Assembly (NCBI RefSeq): GCF_006345805.1
Contig: NC_043001.1
Location: 82,274,001-82,338,000 of the forward strand
Length of the DNA stretch: 64,000 bases
Direction of reading: 5' to 3'
DNA from: Octopus sinensis
Lineage: Eukaryota
Shown here: in pieces, positions 23,880-36,499 of the stretch
Layout of the letters: the number at the start of each line of letters is the position of its first letter
How positions within the stretch are numbered: the stretch's first letter is position 1
Translations under genes and position numbers: made by a program
The notes under the pieces: generated by a model
Database searches by the model: none
What the model was told of the DNA's origin: nothing
Seen by the model: only the letters and a program-made list of their open reading frames with translations

Positions 23880-24750
23880 GGAAGATATTAAGGCTAATTA
23901 GAAGATAGAGTACTTGAAAAAGAAATATTAAAATATTAAAGTTTGTGTAAAAACGTTATTTGGGTAAAAACGTTATTTAATCTTAAGGCTAATTAGGGGA
24001 TAGAGTATCTGAAAATGTATTAGCAATATTAATATTATATTAGAGTGTGGATAAAAACGTTGTTTAATCTTAAGGCTAATTAGGAGATAGAGTATCTGAA
24101 AATATATTAGCAATATTAATATTATATTAGAGTGTGGGTAAAAAAAAAAAAAAAAAAAAACGTTATTTAATCTTAAGGCTAATTTGGAGATAGAGTATCT
24201 GAAAATATATTAGCAATATTAATATTATATTAGAGTGTGGGTAATATTAAACGTTATTTAATTTAATCTTAAGGCTAATTAGAAGACAGAGTATCTGAAA
24301 AATTATATATACAATATTAAGCAATATTAACCGTTATTTAATTTAATCTTAAGGCTAATTAGACGTTATTAATATTAAACGTTATTTAATTTAATCTTAA
24401 GGCTAATTAGAAGATAGAGTATCTGAAAATATATTAGCAATATTAATATTATATTAGAGTGTGGATAAAAACGTTATTTAATCTTAAGGCTAAATCAGAG
24501 ATAGAGTATCTGAAAATATATTAGCAATGTTAATATTATATTAGAGTGTGGGTAATATTAAACGTTATTTAATTTAATCTTAAGGCTAATTAGAAGATAG
24601 AGTATCTGAAGAATTATTAACAATATTAAAACAATATTAAACGTTATTTAATTTAATCTTAAGGCTAATTAACAGTAATTATTAACAATATTAAACAATG
24701 TTAAACGTTATTTAATTTTTATTAAACAATGTTAAACGTTATTTAATTTT
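23880..24750 (-). repeat. ~10 AT-rich tandem units (mostly ~85-100 bp, some shorter) at the LINE 5' end
   Basis: AACGTTATTTAATCTTAAGGCTAATTAG.AGATAGAGTATCTGAAAATATATTAGCAATATTAATATTATATTAGAGTGTGG repeated with variants. Confidence 0.9.
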
Positions 24751-24755
24751 TTTTT

Positions 24756-24758
24756 ATA

Positions 24759-24794
<36 letters not shown>

Positions 24795-25036
24795 TGTATG
24801 TATGTGTGTATGTATGTATGTATGTATGTATGTATGTGTGTGTATATGTTTGTGTGTCTGTGTTTGTACCCCCAACATCGCTTGTCAACTGATGCTGGTA
24901 TGTTTACGTCCCCGTAACTTAGCGGTTCGGCAAACCAGACCGATAGAATAAGTCCTGGGGTCGATTTGCTCGACTAAATGCGGTGCTCCAGCATGGCCGC
25001 CGTTAAATGACTGAAACAAGTAAAAGACTAAAAGAG
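24756..25036 (+). mobile_element. SINE family A, 3' half (continuation of 19733-19929)
   Basis: Microsatellite, body and tail GCGGTGCTCCAGCATGGCCGCCGTTAAATGACTGAAACAAGTAAAAGA. Confidence 0.85.
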
Positions 25037-25077
<41 letters not shown>

Positions 25078-25854
25078 TAAAGCATATTACTCTACCCCTG
25101 GTATTTGAGTACTCTTTTTTCCACCTTGTTTCACATTTATGTGTTTACTCCGTATATATATATATATATATATACAGATAGATAGATAAGATAGATAGAT
25201 AGCTACATACATACATACACGCATACGTACATACATACATACATACATACATGCATACATACATACATACATACATAATACATAAATGCATACATACATA
25301 CATACATACATACATACATACATACATACATACATACATACATACATACATAACTTATGCATTGAACAACGACTCAAACCGTTTATTGAGTTCGTCATAG
25401 ACTACCATAACTTCCATGCAATGATGGTTATGAATATCTCATTGTTCGAATCTGTTGCCGTTTCAAATGTTTTAATGGATAACAATTAAAGCTGCAATGA
25501 AAATGATAGTATCTTCATTATGTACCCCTCATTTCTTCTCTTCCCCTCTCTTTATCTATGCCCCTCTTACCATCACTCTTCATTTCTCACTCCCTCCCTC
25601 ACTCCCCCCTCTCTCTCTCTCTCACCGTCTTTCATTCTTCGCCATTTCATTTTCATTACATTCACCAAATACAGACACGTGACGTGCAGTTGTCATTTCA
25701 CTCTGAGCTTAATTAGTGAAAACACTGATCTGTTTCAAATGGTAACGGTAATTTCAGTTTCCTGGTTATGGTTCGTTACTACTCACCATGTCCGTTAATG
25801 AGACGAGGTTAAAAATATTTGAATTGCAAAGGTCAATACTCTGTCTTTATCTTT

Positions 25855-25958
25855 TTTCTATTGCTTTATGCCACTGGACTGCGGCCGTGCTGGGGCACCA
25901 CCTTGGCGGGTTTTAGCGGATCTAATCGACCCCAGCACATATCTTTCTTTTCTCCTTT

Positions 25959-26005
<47 letters not shown>

Positions 26006-26042
26006 GTCTGTCTGTCTTTCTGTCTGTCTGTCTGTCTGTCTG

Positions 26043-26090
<48 letters not shown>

Positions 26091-26470
26091 TCGTTCTTTC
26101 TTTCTTTCTTTTTTTCCTTCTGTCTGTCTGTCTGTCTTTCTTTCTTTCTTTCTTTTTTTTAGTTCGAAGTTGGTACCTATTCTAGCAATCTCTTTAGTCT
26201 CTTTAAACTGCAAGATTAGAAGTAATTTAAACAACCAGCGCCGATTTTCAAGCAGCGGTGGGGAACTACCAGAGACAATAACACACGTGCGCGCGTGCGC
26301 ACACGCTCATACACGACGGCCTTCCACGCAGTTTCCATATCCCAAATTCTCTCGCAAAACAGTATCGGTCTGGGGGTAGGGGCTATAGTAGAAAAGACAC
26401 TTGCCGACTTAGGTGTGCACAGTAGGACTAAACCCGAAATCACGTGACTGCAAAGCGAGTTTTTTAATCA
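25855..26470 (-). mobile_element. Decayed SINE family A with expanded (TTTC/TGTC)n
   Basis: Tail at 25855-25945 and head/body at about 26290-26470. Confidence 0.55.
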
Positions 26471-26764
26471 CACAGTCATGCCTGAATTAAACTTTTTCTT
26501 TTTTTTATATAGAATTATTTAGATTTTCAAACAGAATCAAGTTGTAAAGGGTCAACTGAGCTGAATAAACTTCTCCACAGGAGACAAACATATAAAGAAG
26601 TTTAACCCAATGATCTGGGCTATTGTTTTCGGAAAACTTAAACGAACATTGGTGTCGTTAATGTTAGCATTACAGTAATATTTGCATGTTTGTATGTTTA
26701 CGTCGCTCAAGAATTCCAACACAAGAATTCGTTTCAAAATAAGGAATTTATTAGATATCACTTC

Positions 26765-26938
26765 ATAGGCGTAGGAGTGGCTGTGTGGTAAGTAGCTTGC
26801 TTACCAACCACATGGTTTCGGGTTCAGTCCCACTGCGTGGCATCTTGGGCAAGTGTCTTCTACTATAGCTTCGGGCCGACCAAAGCCTTGTGAGTGGATT
26901 TGGTTGACGGAAACTGAAAGAAGCCCGTCGTATATATG

Positions 26939-27005
<67 letters not shown>

Positions 27006-27205
27006 ATGTTTGCCCCCCCCCCACACACACACACAACATCACTTGACAAACGATGATGTGTGTTTACGTCCCCGTAACTTAGGGTAAAACAGACCGATAG
27101 AATAAGTACTAGGCTTACAAAGAATAAGTCCTGGGTTCGATTTACTCGACTAAAGGCGGTGCTCCAGCATGGCTTCAGTCAAATAACTGAAACAAGTAAA
27201 AGAAA
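26765..27205 (+). mobile_element. SINE family A, full length
   Basis: ATAGGCGTAGGAGTGGCTGTGTGG...GGTTCAGTCCC...GGCGGTGCTCCAGCATGG...CTGAAACAAGTAAAAG. Confidence 0.92.
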
Positions 27206-27542
27206 AAAAAGGAAAAAAAGAAAAGAATCTAACCGTGTTACATTAATCAAGGTAATTAATTTATTAACTAACGTCAAAGTATAGACGTTTCTTCGTTTAC
27301 ATTTGGTAAAATCCAAGAAAAGAGAAACGAGAAGGGTGAGATCTGGCGATCGATATGTGGATACAGGGAGAGGGAAAGAGAGAGAGAGAGAGAGAGAGAG
27401 GGAAAGAGAGAGAGGGAAAGAGAGAGAGGGAAAGAGAGAGAGGGAAAGAGAGAGAGAGAGAGAGAGTGGTGGGTTAGGGTGAATATAGATTTCAGATAGA
27501 AAGTCCTCACTTATATTATCAGTTATACCAGGATTATATATA

Positions 27543-27935
27543 TTCTTTTATTCTTTTATTTGTTTCAGTCATTTGACCTCGCCCATGCTGGAGCACCGCC
27601 TTTAATCGAAGAAATCGACCACACAACTTATTCTTCGTAAGCCTAGTACTTATTCTATCGGTCCTTTTTTGCCGAACCGCTAAGTTACGGGGACGTAAAC
27701 ACATCAACATCGGTTGTCAGACGATGGTGGGGGACAAACACAGACACACAAACAAACAAACACATACATACATATATACGATGGGCTTCTTTCAGTTTCC
27801 GTCTACCAAGTCCACTCACAAAGCTTTGGTGGGCTCGGGGCTATAGTTGAAAACACTCGCCATGGGTTGCACGCAGTGGGACTGAACCCGGAACCATGTT
27901 GTTGGTAAGCAAGCTACTTACTACACAGGCGCTTA
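27543..27935 (-). mobile_element. SINE family A
   Basis: Full body and tail, eroded head. Confidence 0.85.
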
Positions 27936-28648
27936 TATATGGGAAACTAGTGTAATACCTTCATAAACAAAAGGAAAAGAAGTTTGCAGCAATGACGTTT
28001 GATAAGTGACTTTTAAGCAGTTACGTATTTGTTTTGCTTATTTGGGTGACCCAGATCCATTTTTGTATTGTTTTTTTATTGTTTTTTTGACTCATTACCA
28101 TTCCCGTAGATATATGTACATAAAACCAAAGATCACAATGGTATCGACAGTTGCAGTATTCTAGCAAGTTTTAAACGACCCATTCTGTGTACAACTCTGC
28201 TTTTTAACCTGGGAGAAATAACTGTGTATTTGAGTGCTATCGTCAGAACCTAGAAGTATTATTGGACAGACAACGCTGGGACATAACAGGATTGCTGGCA
28301 CATAACAGGATTGCAAAAGTGATACAATACAAGTAGATTTCAGAAATAATAAAATAACTAGAGATGTAGCAGATCATCAAATATCAGAGACTAGATAATA
28401 AAACTTTGTGGGTATGAAAGCTTCAGAGAATTAATGTTATATTACAATAAAATCTGGAAGTTCTGGTTATTCGGTCTTCCCTGCATTCACATAAAATCCA
28501 ATCACAAAAGCTGCCTCTTCTCGTTCATGCAGTAAGTTTTCAGCATCTGTTATCTTGTCAGCAAATAGTGCAAGGTCGTTCGCATAGTCAGCATCCTCTT
28601 GGCTGGATATCTCCTGTTTCTAGATTTCCATAGAGAAAAATCAATGTT

Positions 28649-28816
28649 CATTATTTACATTATTTACATTCGACGGATATTTGTCCTCATCTTGTTTGTT
28701 ATTAACACAACGTTTCGGCTGATGTACCCTCCAGCCTTCCTCAGGTGTCTTGGGGAAATTTCGAACCTGGGTTCTCATTCCTAAGGTATTTTTCGATGTT
28801 GTTATTATTATTATTA

Positions 28817-28855
<39 letters not shown>

Positions 28856-28874
28856 CATCATCATCATCATTATT

Positions 28875-28910
<36 letters not shown>

Positions 28911-29100
28911 AGTGTTCAGGTCACTGCTTGGAATCGAACTCGGAATCTTGGGGTTAGCACCCCACGCTTTTAACCACTTCACCATAGGCCCACGAGCATA
29001 TGGCGGAGTGGTTAACAACAAACAAAATGAGGACAAATATCCGTCGAATGTAAATAATGTAAATAATGTATATAATTCCTCATCTCTTAAATATAGAACT
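28649..29100 (-). mobile_element. Chimeric element: tRNA-like SINE head, microsatellite, hammerhead ribozyme, tail, and an inverted tail copy
   Basis: 14-bp TSD GAAAAATCAATGTT (28635-28648, 29101-29114); tRNA-like head at about 28919-28991; HHR 28704-28749; inverted repeat 28649-28706/29011-29068. Confidence 0.85.
28704..28749 (-). ncRNA. Minimal type I hammerhead ribozyme
   Basis: GACAC-CUGAGGA-A-GGCUG(10-nt loop)CAGCC-GAAAC-GUU-GUGUU; loopless palindromic stem III (AACGUU), as in dimeric minimal HHRs. Confidence 0.82.
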
Positions 29101-29389
29101 GAAAAATCAATGTTATTGTAAAGATCAATAGACATATGCAAAATATTGTCCAGTGTTATGATAAGAAAGGCACTAGTGTATCGCCCGGTAGTACTACTGT
29201 CTGAATATTTAAAACGTCTGTGTCGTCATCGGGGGATCGCACCATCGATTTTGTATTATTATATATCATCATGATTGCATTTGTTGCTTCTTGCGGTGTT
29301 CCGTATATCCTCGGTATTTCGGCCATATTGTGGAAGTATCCCCAACGTAATATTAATCATTCCAGAGTGACGGACAATATATGATGGTC

Positions 29390-29605
29390 ACTAATATCGA
29401 AACAAAGATGAATTAGTGAGCGAGCTCTTTTTGTTGATCCCGAGTCTCGGAAATTCTCGTCTCGGGCGGTCCAGAATGACGTACACTGATAATTTCTCTC
29501 GTAATGTCGAGTTACAAAAAGACTTCAGAAAATGGCATGAAAGACAGGAACGCGTGAAGAAAAAGAGTGGCTTTGTTCCGCGAAACACATCCGAAACGGT
29601 AGAAC
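29390..29605 (+). mobile_element. RTE LINE extreme 3' coding end
   Basis: RNKDELVSELFL...GNSRLGRSRMTYTD, then after a frameshift MKDRNA.KKRVALFRETHPKR*, the RTE C-terminal pattern. Confidence 0.6.
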
Positions 29606-30989
29606 AATATAGGAACATCTAAAGCTGTTCTAACCTTTTTTTTAAAAAAAAAGAAACTCTTGTACTTTTCCATTAAATTTACCCTAGAGACTGACTACTC
29701 ATTAATAGTGTTTCAATTATCTCAGCTTGACCAAACATTTTTCACTCGTTTAAACAAATTTCAGATTCAATAAAGCGTTTGGTAATAACGGGAAGGTTGG
29801 ACCTCAAACTATAGGAGGTCATTTTGTTGTAGTAAAAACTAAAGAGAATTGGCTTTAAAATAGAAAAGAGAAAAGATTGTTTTGTATGTGCGGTTGTCTT
29901 ATATTGCTTACTGTATATGGTTGGCTTAAAGATATTTCAGAGAGCTTAAAAATTGGGTCAAGTTAATCTCTAAATATGCATTAAACATGGCGCGGATATA
30001 AAACAACAATTACAGCATTGATTTTTATGCTGTCTTTCAGAAATAAATAAGACAAGAAAGAAAATAAATAAATAAATGAAGAGAGAAAGAAGAGCTAAAT
30101 ATATTAAAATAAAAATGAGAAAGAAAAATGGTGAAAGAAATTATAAATGGAAAATATCTAAAAAATCAATAAAACCTTTAAAAATTGGTATTTCGACCAC
30201 CATCCAAAAATATTCGTAAATATTTCTATCATAGCAGGCTACGGAAAAATGAAAAACAAAATGGAAGACTACAAGTGTTTTACAAAAGACAAAACTAATC
30301 AATCAAGATGAAAATAATGGAATCGTTCATGGCTTTTGTTTTTAAATAAACATTTATTATTATTATTGTTGTTGTTGTTATTATTATTATTATTATTATT
30401 TATTATTATTATTATTATTGTTGTTGTTGTTGTTATTATTATTATTATTATTGTTGTTGTTATTATTATTATTATTATATTATTATTATTATTATTAGTA
30501 GTAGTAGTAGTAGTATTTATATGCCGTTTCTTGACAAAACACGAGAGCAAAAAGAAGAAATAATGGAAAGGTGAAAAAGAAAATAAATATTATACATATA
30601 TGTACACTGTCTTTCTTCTTTCCCTCACTCTTTGTCTCTCTCTCTCTCCCCACTCTTTCTCTCACACTCACACATTCACACATAATGCTTTCGCATGTAC
30701 TCATATACACACATATATTCATGTGTGTGTGTTTATCTACAGTTTTCTTACTCTGACAGACATACACACACGCACATACATAGATACATACATACATACA
30801 TACATACATACATACATACATAGATACATACATACTTACATACATACATACATAAATACATGCATACATCCATAGATACATACACACACACATATATATA
30901 TAAACATATATATATATATACATGCATATATATATATATAGGCTTACATATGTATGTATGTGCGCATATGCATATATATGTGTATATCA

Positions 30990-31195
30990 CTTTTACTCTT
31001 TTATTTGTTTCAGTCATTTGAGTGTGGCCATGCTGGAGCGCCGCCTTTAGTCGAACAAATCGACTCCAGGACTTATTCTTTGTAAGCCTAGTACTTATTC
31101 TATCGGTCTCTTTGGCCGAACCGCTAGGTTACGGGGACGTAAACACACCAGCATCGGTTGTCAAGCGATGTTGGGGGGGAACAAACACAGACACA

Positions 31196-31243
<48 letters not shown>

Positions 31244-31605
31244 CATATACATATACATACATATACGACGGGCTTCTTTCAGTTTCCGTCTACCAAATCC
31301 ACTCATAAGGCTTTGGTCAGCCCGAGGCTATAGTAGAAAACACTTGCCCAAGGTGCCACGCAGTGAGACTGAACCCAGAACTATGTGGTTGGTAAACAAG
31401 CTACTTACCACACAACCATTCCTACGCCTACATACATACATACATACATACATACATACATACATACATACTATACGACGGGCTTCTTTCAGTTTCCGTA
31501 TACTAAATCCACTGACAGGGCTTTGGTCAGCCCGAGGCTATATCAGAAGACACTTGCCCAAAGTGGTAGGTATGCAAGCTACTTACCACTCAGCCACTCC
31601 GCGCT
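30990..31605 (-). mobile_element. SINE family A full copy (30990-31430) plus an adjacent partial copy (31472-31605)
   Basis: Direct match to family A. Confidence 0.85.
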
Positions 31606-31610
31606 TATCA

Positions 31611-31717
<107 letters not shown>

Positions 31718-31890
31718 CTTCATCTATCTATCTATCTATCTATCTAGCTATCTATCTATCTATATCTATATAGATATAGAGATAGATGGATATAGATATA
31801 GATGTCTACATATATATATATACACACGCACACATACATATATACATAGATAAATACATACATACATATGTTTGTGTGTATCTCTGTGTG

Positions 31891-31942
<52 letters not shown>

Positions 31943-32399
31943 TGCAAGTACATATATGTATAGGCATACGTACATCAGAGAATCGAGAACACGTCTATAC
32001 AATACTAATACAAAATAGATGATGGTTTCTCACTAGCAGCCGATATTTAAAATTTTTGGAATTGTTTAAAATTTAATTTGGAAATATCATTATGTCGCTG
32101 TTAAATTGGTTTCGTCTGTTTTCGATGAAATAAATATTAGACGAGTTGAAATCTCAAATAAAAGAAAATATAATAAAATAAATTTTGCCAATGAAACAAA
32201 AGACAGCACAATAGAAACAAAATAAAATTTGTAGCCTTCAGCCCCTGCTTGTCTTATTTCTATTGAAAATGTTGGTTAATGTATATATTAATAGGAATTA
32301 ACAATTGAGATCTTGTAAAAAGTGTTATTGTACTCCAAAATTATAATTGTTGCTGGGCCAGTTGCTGTGGTTGTAGTTGTTGCTGTTGCTGGTGCTGCT

Positions 32400-32413
32400 G
32401 CTGTTGTGGTTGC

Positions 32414-32449
<36 letters not shown>

Positions 32450-32829
32450 ATGTGTGTATGTGTGTGTACATTTGTGTTTGTGACTGTGTCTGAGTGTGTG
32501 TGTGTGAGAATGTGTGTGCGTATTTATTTCTATGTTTCTAAGTGCTTGTGTTACACGTACGTGTGTGTCTATATCTGTATTTCTATGTTCCAAGTGATTG
32601 TGTGTGTGTGTGTGGAGGGGGTGGAGGTGGACACGTACATGTGTCCGTATCTATATGCGTATTTGTGTTCCAAATGTGTATGTGTGTGTTAGCTTGTGTG
32701 TATGAGTGTGTGGGTACGCGCGCGTACCTATGTCTGCATTTCTGTGTTTAAGAGTGTGTGTATGTGAGTGTATGCACGTGTGCTTATATTTGCGTGCGTA
32801 CCTGTTAGAAAGAATTTAAGTGTGTGTTC

Positions 32830-32877
<48 letters not shown>

Positions 32878-33650
32878 GTGTGCGCGCGTGTATGTCTATG
32901 TGTATGTGACTACATTTGTGATGCTATGTGCAACTATGTTTATCATTGTGTTCGTACGTGTATGCAGAATTGTCTAAGACTATGTGTCCATGTTTGTGTG
33001 TCTATATTTTAAGTGTGTCTTTCTGAGTGCGTGTGTGTGCGTGCATGTGTGTGTGCCTGTGTGCGTGTTTGTGTGTGTGTGCGTGTTTGTGTGTGTGTGC
33101 GTGTGTGTTTGTGTGAGTATGTGTGTGTTTGTGTATTTGTGTTCGCGGCGTGCATTTGTCTGACTATGTCCATGTTTTTTGGATCTATTTTTTAAGTGTG
33201 TCCTTCTACGTGTGTGTGTATGTGTCTGTCTGTCTATATGTGTATGTGTTTATGTGTGTGTGTTTCAAAGTGTATCAGCGTGTATGTATGTGTCGGTCAG
33301 AGGTCTACGTGCGCGTGGGTGTGTGGATGTGTCTGTGTGTGCGTGTGTGTGTGTGTCTGTGTGTCTCTGTGTGTGTGTATCACCAAGTGAACGGTGCGTG
33401 TGCACCTGTTTATCGCTAAGTTAATCACTTTGTGCAAGTATTTCTGTTTGCATGTAACCGTGTGTATGTGCAGCTATATCTATATTACCACGATTCTAAA
33501 TATCTGTGCGTGAGTGTGTGTTTGTATGTGTATTTGCGTGTGTCAGTGTGAGTGAGTGAATGTGTATTGTTTATTGGTGATCGAGTGTATATCGATGTGT
33601 GTGTACATACATATATATATATATATAATATATATATATATATACATATA

Positions 33651-33681
<31 letters not shown>

Positions 33682-34020
33682 GTGTGTGGTGTGTGTATAT
33701 GTATGTATGTATGATAGCGTGTGTAAATTATATTTACGTGTCTGTATACGCCTCTGTTCTTATGTGATATTTGTGTGATTCTAAGTGTGTGTGTGGGTGT
33801 GCGTGTACTTGTGTGTGTGGTGTATGTATGTATATGTATGTATGTATGATTAGGTGTGTAAATTATGTTTACATGTCTGTATGCTTCTGTTCTTATGTGA
33901 TATTTGTGTGTGTGTGTGTGTGTATGTGTTTGTGTGCGTGTGCGTATGTGTGAGTATGTGTGTGTGTGTGTGTGTGTGAATGTGTGTGGTGTGTGTTTAA
34001 AGTGATTCAAAGTCTATATA
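32400..34020. repeat. Long degenerate (TG)n-rich low-complexity tract
   Basis: Direct inspection; includes a ~70-bp local duplication at 33705/33840. Confidence 0.9.
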
Positions 34021-34631
34021 CGATTTCATGTGTGCTTGTTTGTGTGTTCATATATAAATCTCACTGATACTCTTTTAAAGTAAACAGAAACAAAACGATT
34101 TAAATAAGTGAATAAATAAAACGACATAAATAAATAAATAAATAAATAAATCCATTGAATCTAAAAGAGATATTTAGATTCGAGACTAGAATAGAGAACT
34201 ATAGACGTGATACTACAAACAATGCTTTAATATTTTTCACGAAGCAGCAAATGTGACTGACCAGATCCACTCGAATTTGCATTGCCTATTTAATATAAAC
34301 AGTTTAGGCTACTGATCGTAATGAGATTACCTACCTTGTTTGTTGGTTCTAGGATTTTTTTTTTTAGCAGAAAAAACCCTAGAGGGAGTTTGTTTTCACT
34401 AAGTAGATAATCTCAGTTGATCGAATTCTTCTATCTCACTATCTTGGATATAAAACGGGATAAGACGATAGGGCGTAGCTGTTTGGCTCTGAAAATTTGG
34501 CACAGCTGACTGGATATTTAACCAGTTTTGCTGACAGTATATTTTGGCCCAGAAGGCAAACCCACAGACACATACATGCGCACGTACATATATACACATG
34601 CAAGCGCGCGCAGAAATACACATATGCAGAT

Positions 34632-34671
<40 letters not shown>

Positions 34672-34679
34672 TGTGTGTA

Positions 34680-34721
<42 letters not shown>

Positions 34722-35756
34722 AGATACATTACACATACATATACAAACATAACTAGATCCTCACACACGTGAACATATACACGCACACAGAGTTGAGAAC
34801 ACGTGAAACATTAAAACATCTGGTGCAAAATAAGTCAGCACCGAATCAGCGACGCCAAATAGGTGACGATAAAATGGCCCATACCCCAATATATGAGGCT
34901 CCATGTTTGTGTAATTTATAGAACGATGCTCACCCGAGCCATTTACTTGTATCTTGTTGTTGATAAGTCGAAGAATTAATTATTGCTGAGAATTTTGTAG
35001 CAGCATTAAAGACAAGAATCTGGCGGACTAGCAAGAGAAACCTTTGACGGTCTCATGACCAGCTTGAAAGAGCAACCAAATCTCAAACTACATCCTACAG
35101 TCTGAAAAGAAACGGGCACATTCGGTTGTTTCTTTTACTAACACGCATATTTGTTACTAGAACTAACAAGGGAGTGAAAAGTAACAGCTAAATTTCGTCC
35201 AAATTTCACTACTCACCAGCTTAAAAAAAAGTACACGTATTATAAAACTATAATCCTGCATATCTTTCTCACTAATAATAATAAAAGTAAATAGACAGGA
35301 CATGATGGTCATGAGGGAAAGGCTATCAAAATGTTATCTCCTGCTTCATCTCACGACACTCCTTATTCCAACTCTTCTTCATCTTACTTCTCATCTTATT
35401 CTTGCCGATACGTGCCACAATTAAGTACAATTTCTGGTAGAAGGCTACATTTATACACAATTGTTGGTACCCATAAATTCTGTATTACAATTAGAAAGAG
35501 GAAGACTGATAAATATAAAGCTTCAGAACTGTGAATGACCTTACCTGTTAAGCAGGCCCTGTAACTTACCCTCAAAACACACTTCTTTAAAATGTAACAC
35601 CTACACGTGTGTGTGTTTTAAACATCTTTATGAGAAACGTGGAACCATCAATTTTCTACTTTGTTCTCAAGTCTGCTTTGACCCGGATTAATAACATTTG
35701 TCAGGGATCTAGCTGTGGGTTAATCAGCATATTAGGGCTTAACCTATCTTTGTTAG

Positions 35757-36107
35757 TTAAAGACTAGAACCAGCAGAATCTGCGGAAGAAGCCACGCCAT
35801 TACGTTTCAACAGAGAAGAAAGGCGATTGCAGCGACGCGTTGTGGTGTGCTGAGAAGAAAATGAGGTAAATACGGCATTTTCGTGATCCACTGCATTCGT
35901 CTCCAACCCCTGTCGTATTGACCTGATCTTGCTACTGGACTGAACATGGTCATGGACCAAGCGAGTGAAGAGGATGGTACACAACTCTTCTTCACTTGAA
36001 GCATAGTCACCATGTAAGTCATCAGTCGTCCTCAGGACGACTAGATGGTCATCGTTGTTCCGACGTATGAACATGGAGGAAGATGTATTTTATATGCTAT
36101 AAACATC
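35757..36107 (-). CDS. Candidate terminal coding exon of an unidentified host gene
   Basis: More than 110 open codons of non-repetitive, GC-elevated sequence (MFIRRNNDDHLVVLRTTDDLHGDYASSEEELCTILFTRLVHDHVQ...SAGSSL*), preceded by TTTTGCAG; no TE motif recognised. Confidence 0.4.
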
Positions 36108-36245
36108 TGCAAAACTTTTCAGAGCGTTATCATTTAAGTATATATGAGTATGTCTAGATATGTATGTATATAAATGAAAAGACATACATAAAACAAAACA
36201 TACAAATCTGCACGTATGCATACATACATACATACATACATATTA
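36097..36245 (+). mobile_element. 3' tail of an R4/Dong-like LINE
   Basis: ATCTGCAAAACTTTTCAGAGCGTTATCATTTAAGTATATATGAGTATGTCTAGATATG aligns to the reverse complement of 39180-39300. Confidence 0.65.
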
Positions 36246-36453
36246 TTACTACACAATATAGTCGTGTTCATTCGTGAAACACGTGTAAAGGTTATGTAGT
36301 TTAAGGTGTAATAATAAATTATAATAAAAAGATTGACCATCTTCCCTATCTTATTCTGCTCTCGTATACACACACACATTCACACACACGCATACATATA
36401 TACATACATACATAACGACATGCGTCCGTACGTATGTATATGTGTGTTGTATG

Positions 36454-36499
<46 letters not shown>

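Larger units (their letters stand above)
19930..24755 (-). mobile_element. Nearly full-length CR1/L2-type LINE (~4.8 kb), frameshifted
   Basis: Tandem-repeat 5' end, ORF1, APE-RT ORF2, short 3' UTR and (CAAT)n tail; inserted within the (TA)n of a SINE. Confidence 0.9.
28470..29380 (-). mobile_element. RTE-type RT relic interrupted by the insertion at 28649-29100
   Basis: MAEIPRIYGTPQ...VRSPDDDT...GDTLVPFL..TLD..MSIDL on one side and DADYANDLALFADKITDAENLLH...GKTE on the other. Confidence 0.75.

Noticed and set aside
23880-24750. CRISPR-like repeat array
   Set aside because: Units are contiguous near-copies without unique spacers, the context is eukaryotic and there are no cas genes.
28919-28991. 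Possible tRNA-Ser(GCT) gene
   Set aside because: Acceptor and T stems pair poorly and it lies inside a TSD-bounded element; treated as a SINE head.
29391-29622. Overlapping ORFs on both strands suggesting an exon
   Set aside because: The plus strand with one frameshift gives the RTE C-terminal pattern (GR.RMTY.D...MKDR..W).
35686-35745. Cluster of GGATTA/TAATCA/GGCTTA homeodomain-like sites
   Set aside because: Short motifs are expected by chance in AT-rich DNA, and no conservation data are available.
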